DNA of 64,000 nucleotides, taken from NCBI GenBank assembly GCA_017651425.1, contig JAGCCZ010000001.1:6222-70221 (forward strand), given 5' to 3'. A model generated the notes under the pieces. That model was given only the letters and a program-made list of their open reading frames with translations. It was not told the origin of the DNA and ran no database searches. The position numbers were made by a program, and so were the translations under genes. Of this stretch, positions 58,298 to 64,000 are shown piece by piece (within the stretch, counting starts at the first letter, position 1; every line of letters begins with the position of its first letter). Source of the DNA: Bacteroidales bacterium. Its GTDB lineage: Bacteria; Bacteroidota; Bacteroidia; Bacteroidales; WCHB1-69.

Positions 58298-61200
58298 ATG
58301 TTAAAGTTTTTCATAAGGTTGTTTTGGGCATCATTCTTGTTTTTGATGTTGCCATGGACCATGCAGGGCCAAAGTTTCCCTTATGTAGTTTCCGTACAGA
58401 CTGTTCAGGGACTCTGCTATGACGATTCCCACATCATAATCACCCTGTCCGACAACAGCGGACATACGGTGCAAATAGACCCGGAGACCCACAATGCGGC
58501 GGATTCGATCTCCTATCCGCTGCGCAACGTTCAATACTACTACCAAAACATCACAGCCGGGACATCGTTGCAGTATAGCTATGACAATGACATCATAGTG
58601 ACCGCCGGCACATATCTCGTGGGCGTTGTGGCCAATATTCCTGGGGCAAACGGCGTGTGGACAAGCGTCAATGTCCCGTATGGGAACGTCCAGGTCACCA
58701 CCCAATACAATCACCTCGTGGCCACCGTGTTGGATTTGGCCAGCACCAATGTCTATGGCTCTGAGCGATGTGGAATGCACCCGTCGCTGACCTGCATTGA
58801 CTGCGGGCGACTGCAACTGAAACTTACCGACGGCCGTTTCCCCTTTCATGTGGTGATCCTCAACGATCAAAACGATACGGTTCAGGATGTCATCTATACC
58901 CAGCGGGTTCAATCCGGGACGAATGTCAACTACGCCAATTACCGGGACTACTACACGTTTGATGGAATGGCTGCGGGAAACTACTCCATCTTCGTTTCCG
59001 ATGCGTGCAACTACTCCATATCGCTGTCTGCCACCATCCCCGATGCATCCCCAAGCAGTTATTATCTTTATACCCATGCCATTGAGACATGTACGGAGAG
59101 TCCCAACACGATATCCTTCGCTTTTGATATGAGAGGTGATGGGATTCTTCGCGATTATATGCACCCCTATCTGGACAGTATGGTCCAATACCGTTTTGTG
59201 AATCCCGGACACGACACGACGGTTTGGAGACACGCGCAGTTCCAAGATCCGAGTGGAGGATGGGAATTTGCCACGGACACCCTCTCCTTGAATTCCCGCT
59301 TCTGTGACATATTGGGTGACACCATTGAATTCCAGCTGTATGACCTCTGCTTGGACAGCATTTTCCGGGCCTTCTGGCATGTTGTTTCCGGTTTTTCTTT
59401 GGAGGACTCCGTTACAACCATTTCTCCAAATGCCACTGAAATCCCGGACACCTGTTTGATACATGTTACAGGAGGGACGACCACCCAGTCTTATCTCTAT
59501 TATGGCGCAGATTCAGGACATTTTGGCTGGTGGATAGGGTCTACTGGAAATTATATTAGTACTTATCAGGTGTGTTATTCCGGATGCCCCCTGTATTTTG
59601 ACGTGTGGTCACAGATTGATTCTTCCCTTTTGGCCCACGCCGAGTCCAATGACTATATCGGATTGGGGGCTCCTGTGAGTTTTGCCGTGGACACGACGAT
59701 ACCCGTACATATTGCCATCAGCGATGCCTATGGCTGTGTTTTATCCGAACATGACACCGTATTCACCTTCCAAACAACACCTGCCACAGACAGACACTAT
59801 TGGTGGGAGTGCGGACATTTCGAGAACAACATTCACGGATGGCCAACCTGTTGCGAATATCGCTATATGTGGATTCAGGAGCATTGGGTGGAGGCGGACT
59901 CCTTCCGCAGAAACATGACCCTGCATCTCATAGAAAGCCCGTTGTATAATCGTTTCAATTTCACGGCAGTGCGGCAGAACGGAGTCTGGACCGTGACGAA
60001 CGACAACCCGGCCAACACTTCCACATACGTACAATTCACCTACGAAGACGGTTGGCGTGCCACAATCCGTGATTCCGAATGTCTCGCCCCGGGACGCTAT
60101 GTGTTTGAGATACTTACCGACTGCGGTCTCGACACCGTTACATACCAGTGGGACGGATATTATACGGACTCCGCGTTTTTCCCCACGCCGCCTCGATACG
60201 AGATCCATCAGGTCTGCGACCAGCTCGTGATCCAGCCAATCGACATTTCCGTTGCCCGAAATTTCTATTACATCCACCCTGATATTGACAACAACGTGCC
60301 GGAAGTCCAGGTACGTCAAAATCAAAGTTTTTACTATACAGTCGCTGGTCTGACCAACGATGTTTACTTTTATGTGTCTGCTCCTGCATCGAACCTCACC
60401 ATTTCCACTCCCGGAACTTACCGTTTATCCATAACGACAAATGATGGAAGCGCTTATTGTAGTCGTCTCATTCATCACGACACCATCACCTTCACACCGA
60501 CTTTTCTTGAATTTGATGTTGCGGATGCCTACGTTTGTGATGTGACGAGTTCTTATGGCTCCGTAATGGCGCAAGCCATCCATGGAAACAAACCTTACAC
60601 CTATAGTCTATACGACCAATGGAACGCCACCGGCAATGTCATCGCCACCAGTGACACCGGGTTTTTCAACAACGTCCCCATGATGGCGGGGCAGCATCTG
60701 TCCGTATTGGTAACGGATTCCTGCAACAACAGCTTCTCGGTCAACCTTACGGCTTCCGCACTGACCCAAGAAAACCTGATTTGGACAGTCGGCGATTCCA
60801 TACACTGCGAAGGGGATTCCATACACCTGGAGGCAAAACAGTTCGCGTTCCCGACAAGCTACCAGTGGACGGGACCCAACGGATTCAGCGACACATCGCG
60901 GGTCATTGATGTCCATATCCCCTACGGCAGCGAAAGTGGCTGGTATAGGGTAAGCATCACAAACAGCTTGTGTGAAAGCACCCTTTCCGACAGCATTTAC
61001 ATCACGGTGACACCAGCCCCGAGAGTGACCATCTTGGGCGACACGATTGTTTGCCCCGACAGGCAGGTCACCTTGAACTTCGTCCCACATGGAACAGGAA
61101 CCGTCAACTTCGACATTTTTCATTCCGACATCAATGATAGCACACACTACTCGGTACCTGCCGGCGACACCGTGCAACAAGAGGTGCAAATCCTTTCCAA

Positions 61201-64000
61201 CATCGTTTTCTGGGCCGACAATATCGTGGACGAGGCCTGCGCCTACCACTCCTTTATCGACAGTTTCCCTGTCTTGATGAGGGTGTTGGACTATGGTCCC
61301 ACCCATGTTTACGACACCGTCTTGGAAAACGACCTGCCTGTCAACATCCATGATACTGTTTTTCAAGATGCTGGTGTTTACGAGATTATTCTCCCGGACC
61401 AATTCGGATGTGACAGTGTGGTATTTGTTCACCTTACCGTCCTCTACAACGTCACCGCAGAGGATGACCTCACCGTGTGTTTCAGTGCGTTGCCATTTAC
61501 ATGGAACAACACGGTATTCCGTGCAGACATGATGGACACCCTTGCTGGTTCAAGCGTTCCCGTCATAACACAATCCGCCGTGCTTACAGCCTCCAACGGG
61601 GTGGACAGCACCGTGACGATGACTCTGTACGTCCGCCCGACCTACTCCGTCGCCGACACCGCAACTATCTGCGCTAACGAACTCCCCTATACTTGGAACG
61701 GTGTCACTTTCACAGAGGCGGGTACCCAATATGTCACTCTCCCGACCGTGGACAACTGCGACTCCATGGTCGCGATGACGCTGATTGTCAAACCGCTCTA
61801 TTCCGTCACCGACACCGCCGCCGTCTGCCAGAATGCGTTTCCCCACATCTGGAACGGTGTCACCTTCACGGAGGCGGGCACGCAAAGCGCCACCCTCCAG
61901 AGCGTGGACGGCTGCGACTCCGTCGTCGCGATGACTTTGACTGTAATCACGACATACTCCGTCACCGACACTAAGACCGTCTGCGCCAACGAGCTCCCCT
62001 ACACCTGGAACGGTGTCACTTTCACCGAGGCGGGTACTCAAAGCACCACCCTGCCGACCGTCAGCAGCTGCGACTCTGTCGTTACCATGACACTGATGGT
62101 CAAACCGCTCTATTCCGTCACCGACACCGCCGTCATTTGCGCCAATGAGCTCCCCCATACCTGGAACGGGGTCACCTTCACGGAAGCGGGCACCCAAAGC
62201 ACCACTCTCCAGAGCATGTATGGCTGCGACTCCGTCGTTGCGATGACCTTGATTGTCAACCCGACCTACTCCGTCAATGACACCGTGACCATCTGCGCTG
62301 ACGAGCTCCCCTACAGCTGGAACGGTGTTACCTTCACGGAGGCGGGCACCCATAGCACCACCCTCCAGAGTGTCAGCGGCTGCGACTCCATAATTGCGAT
62401 GATGTTGGTGGTCAAGCCGCTCTATGCCGTCACCGACACCGCTGTCATCTGCGCTGACGAACTCCCCTACACCTGGAACGGGGTCACCTTCACGGAGGCG
62501 GGCAACCAAAACGCCACCCTCCCGACCGTCCATGGCTGCGACTCCGTGGTGGCCATGGCGCTGATGGTCAACCCGACCTACTCCGTCACCGACACCACTG
62601 TCGTCTGTGCCAACGAGCTCCCCTACACTTGGAACGGCGTCGTCTTCACCGGGGCAGGGACCCAAAGCGCCACCCTCCAGACCGTGAACGGCTGCGACTC
62701 TGTGGTCGCGATGATGCTGATTGTCAACCCGACCTACACCATCAATGACACCACTGTCATCTGCGCTGACGAGCTCCCCTACATCTGGAACGGGGTCACC
62801 TTTACCGAGGCCGGCACCCAAAGTATCACCTTCCCTACTGTGGATGGCTGCGACTCCGTGGTTGCGATGACGCTGATTGTAAACCCGCTCTACTCCGTCG
62901 CCGACACCGCTGCCATTTGCGCTGACGAACTCCCCCACACTTGGAACGGGGTCACTTTCACGGAGGCGGGCACCCAAAGCGTTATCCTCCAGAGTGTCAA
63001 CGGCTGCGACTCCGTGGTGGCGATGACGCTGGTGGTCAAGCCGCTCTATGCCGTCACCGACACCGCTGTCATCTGTGCCAGTGAGCTCCCCTACAGTTGG
63101 AACGGCGTCACCTTTACCGGGGCCGGCACCCAAAGTGCCACCCTCCAGACTGTCTATGGTTGCGACTCCGTGGTGGCGATGACGCTGCTGGTTAACCCGA
63201 CCTACTCCGTTACGGACACGGACACCATCTGTGCCATAGAACTCCCCCACATTTGGAACGGCGTCACTTTCACCGGGGCAGGGACCCAAAGCGCCACCCT
63301 CCAGACCGTGGACGGCTGCGACTCCGTCGTTGCGATGACGCTCGTCGTGCTGCCCATGCCTGAATTTTACGACACCCTGCATTTGGTCCAGAACCAAATG
63401 CCGTATCATTTCCTGCCTAACGACACGATACTGACGTTGAGCTCGACATTCATACAGTTCCAATACATCCACCCTGCCGAGGGCTGCGACTCCATCTTCC
63501 ACCAGACGGTCTTCGTACACCTGAACACGGCACAACAGGTGGACACTGTCGTATGTGCCGCATCGTTGCCGATCTCCTGGCACGGGCATCTCTTCACCGG
63601 GAACGCCTCCTTCACCGACACACTGCGGACGGTCTTCCAGAGCGACAGCGTCGTGACTTACTCACTCACCGTCACGAACATCTCCGCCGACATCGGCAAC
63701 GTTGTCCATATCGTCTGTTTTGGTGACTCCACGGGCACCGCCACCGCCACTGTTTCGGGCGGCAACGCACCGCTGACCCTGCGGTGGACCAACGCGGCAA
63801 ACGCTCTCGTCTCCTCGACCGTCAACCTCGTCGGCCAGCCGGCGGGATTTTATACCTTCACTGTCACCGACAACCTTGGTTGCTCCGCCTCCGACACGGT
63901 CACCCTCCGGCACCTGCATGCCACGATGGCACCGGGTGCTGTCTCCGAAGACCAGGACCTCTGCGAAGGCAACACGCCGGATCCCTTCCTCGGAACCCCG
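58298..64000 (+). CDS. Giant secreted adhesin-like protein (>1900 aa, 3' end beyond the window) with SprB-type and Cys-containing repeat modules
   Basis: Absent from the ORF track because it is open-ended. I translated frame 2 from ATG 58298 (MLKFFIRLFWASFLFLMLPWTMQGQ) without meeting a stop. SprB-like segments include VCFGDSTGTATATVSGGNAPLTLRW and YVCDVTSSYGSVMAQAIHGNKPYTYSL. Confidence 0.85.
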   Translation, partial: MLKFFIRLFWASFLFLMLPWTMQGQSFPYVVSVQTVQGLCYDDSHIIITLSDNSGHTVQIDPETHNAADSISYPLRNVQYYYQNITAGTSLQYSYDNDIIVTAGTYLVGVVANIPGANGVWTSVNVPYGNVQVTTQYNHLVATVLDLASTNVYGSERCGMHPSLTCIDCGRLQLKLTDGRFPFHVVILNDQNDTVQDVIYTQRVQSGTNVNYANYRDYYTFDGMAAGNYSIFVSDACNYSISLSATIPDASPSSYYLYTHAIETCTESPNTISFAFDMRGDGILRDYMHPYLDSMVQYRFVNPGHDTTVWRHAQFQDPSGGWEFATDTLSLNSRFCDILGDTIEFQLYDLCLDSIFRAFWHVVSGFSLEDSVTTISPNATEIPDTCLIHVTGGTTTQSYLYYGADSGHFGWWIGSTGNYISTYQVCYSGCPLYFDVWSQIDSSLLAHAESNDYIGLGAPVSFAVDTTIPVHIAISDAYGCVLSEHDTVFTFQTTPATDRHYWWECGHFENNIHGWPTCCEYRYMWIQEHWVEADSFRRNMTLHLIESPLYNRFNFTAVRQNGVWTVTNDNPANTSTYVQFTYEDGWRATIRDSECLAPGRYVFEILTDCGLDTVTYQWDGYYTDSAFFPTPPRYEIHQVCDQLVIQPIDISVARNFYYIHPDIDNNVPEVQVRQNQSFYYTVAGLTNDVYFYVSAPASNLTISTPGTYRLSITTNDGSAYCSRLIHHDTITFTPTFLEFDVADAYVCDVTSSYGSVMAQAIHGNKPYTYSLYDQWNATGNVIATSDTGFFNNVPMMAGQHLSVLVTDSCNNSFSVNLTASALTQENLIWTVGDSIHCEGDSIHLEAKQFAFPTSYQWTGPNGFSDTSRVIDVHIPYGSESGWYRVSITNSLCESTLSDSIYITVTPAPRVTILGDTIVCPDRQVTLNFVPHGTGTVNFDIFHSDINDSTHYSVPAGDTVQQEVQILSNIVFWADNIVDEACAYHSFIDSFPVLMRVLDYGPTHVYDTVLENDLPVNIHDTVFQDAGVYEIILPDQFGCDSVVFVHLTVLYNVTAEDDLTVCFSALPFTWNNTVFRADMMDTLAGSSVPVITQSAVLTASNGVDSTVTMTLYVRPTYSVADTATICANELPYTWNGVTFTEAGTQYVTLPTVDNCDSMVAMTLIVKPLYSVTDTAAVCQNAFPHIWNGVTFTEAGTQSATLQSVDGCDSVVAMTLTVITTYSVTDTKTVCANELPYTWNGVTFTEAGTQSTTLPTVSSCDSVVTMTLMVKPLYSVTDTAVICANELPHTWNGVTFTEAGTQSTTLQSMYGCDSVVAMTLIVNPTYSVNDTVTICADELPYSWNGVTFTEAGTHSTTLQSVSGCDSIIAMMLVVKPLYAVTDTAVICADELPYTWNGVTFTEAGNQNATLPTVHGCDSVVAMALMVNPTYSVTDTTVVCANELPYTWNGVVFTGAGTQSATLQTVNGCDSVVAMMLIVNPTYTINDTTVICADELPYIWNGVTFTEAGTQSITFPTVDGCDSVVAMTLIVNPLYSVADTAAICADELPHTWNGVTFTEAGTQSVILQSVNGCDSVVAMTLVVKPLYAVTDTAVICASELPYSWNGVTFTGAGTQSATLQTVYGCDSVVAMTLLVNPTYSVTDTDTICAIELPHIWNGVTFTGAGTQSATLQTVDGCDSVVAMTLVVLPMPEFYDTLHLVQNQMPYHFLPNDTILTLSSTFIQFQYIHPAEGCDSIFHQTVFVHLNTAQQVDTVVCAASLPISWHGHLFTGNASFTDTLRTVFQSDSVVTYSLTVTNISADIGNVVHIVCFGDSTGTATATVSGGNAPLTLRWTNAANALVSSTVNLVGQPAGFYTFTVTDNLGCSASDTVTLRHLHATMAPGAVSEDQDLCEGNTPDPFLGTP
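61640..63355 (+). repeat. 11 tandem copies of a 156-bp (52-aa) coding repeat
   Basis: The period was verified at 61640, 61796, ... 63200. The consensus is xYSVTDTxxICAxELPYTWNGVTFTEAGTQSxTLQxVxGCDSVVAMTLxVxP. Degenerate copies lie on both sides. Confidence 0.92.

Noticed and set aside
61550-63589. 679-aa minus-strand ORF with its own internal repeats
   Set aside because: It is the mirror image of the 156-bp tandem repeats in the plus-strand adhesin gene. The plus frame is open for more than 5.7 kb and has a signal peptide, a promoter box and SprB motifs.

Overview
The window is a chromosomal segment from a fairly GC-rich member of Bacteroidota, probably Bacteroidales. I infer this from three things. 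TAnnTTTG -7 promoter boxes sit 18-50 nt upstream of most start codons. There are type IX secretion (T9SS) C-terminal sorting domains and SprB-type repeats. The gene families are typical of the group. I cannot name a genus. Most of the window is housekeeping: rlmN (partial), purM, queA, uvrD/pcrA, aspS, der, yicC, two class-I aminotransferases, trxA, a POT peptide transporter, manA, serS, rsmA, gapA and metG. Surface and envelope genes are interspersed: a C10 protease with a T9SS tail, a Wzz/ligase/flippase trio, an outer-membrane barrel and several orphan secreted proteins. Two long non-coding zones (25.5-26.5 kb and 28.5-29.3 kb) are packed with GC-rich nested hairpin repeats. They include a ~300-bp element present as inverted copies on either side of trxA and the POT gene. 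An AT-richer accessory and defence island starts 14 nt after metG (about 44.3-57.2 kb). It carries a Fic protein, a type I R-M operon and a HigB-like toxin paired with an HTH-ImmA/IrrE fusion. The R-M operon has three extra genes spliced between its subunits: a DUF2971 protein, a small TM/coiled-coil protein and an OLD-like ABC-ATPase/TOPRIM protein. That interrupted operon is my best candidate for an undescribed system. The window ends inside an adhesin-like gene of more than 1900 codons that contains 11 near-identical 156-bp tandem repeats. No rRNA, tRNA, CRISPR array, transposase or integrase gene was found. All calls rest on reading the sequence and the ORF translations by eye. No database search was run.
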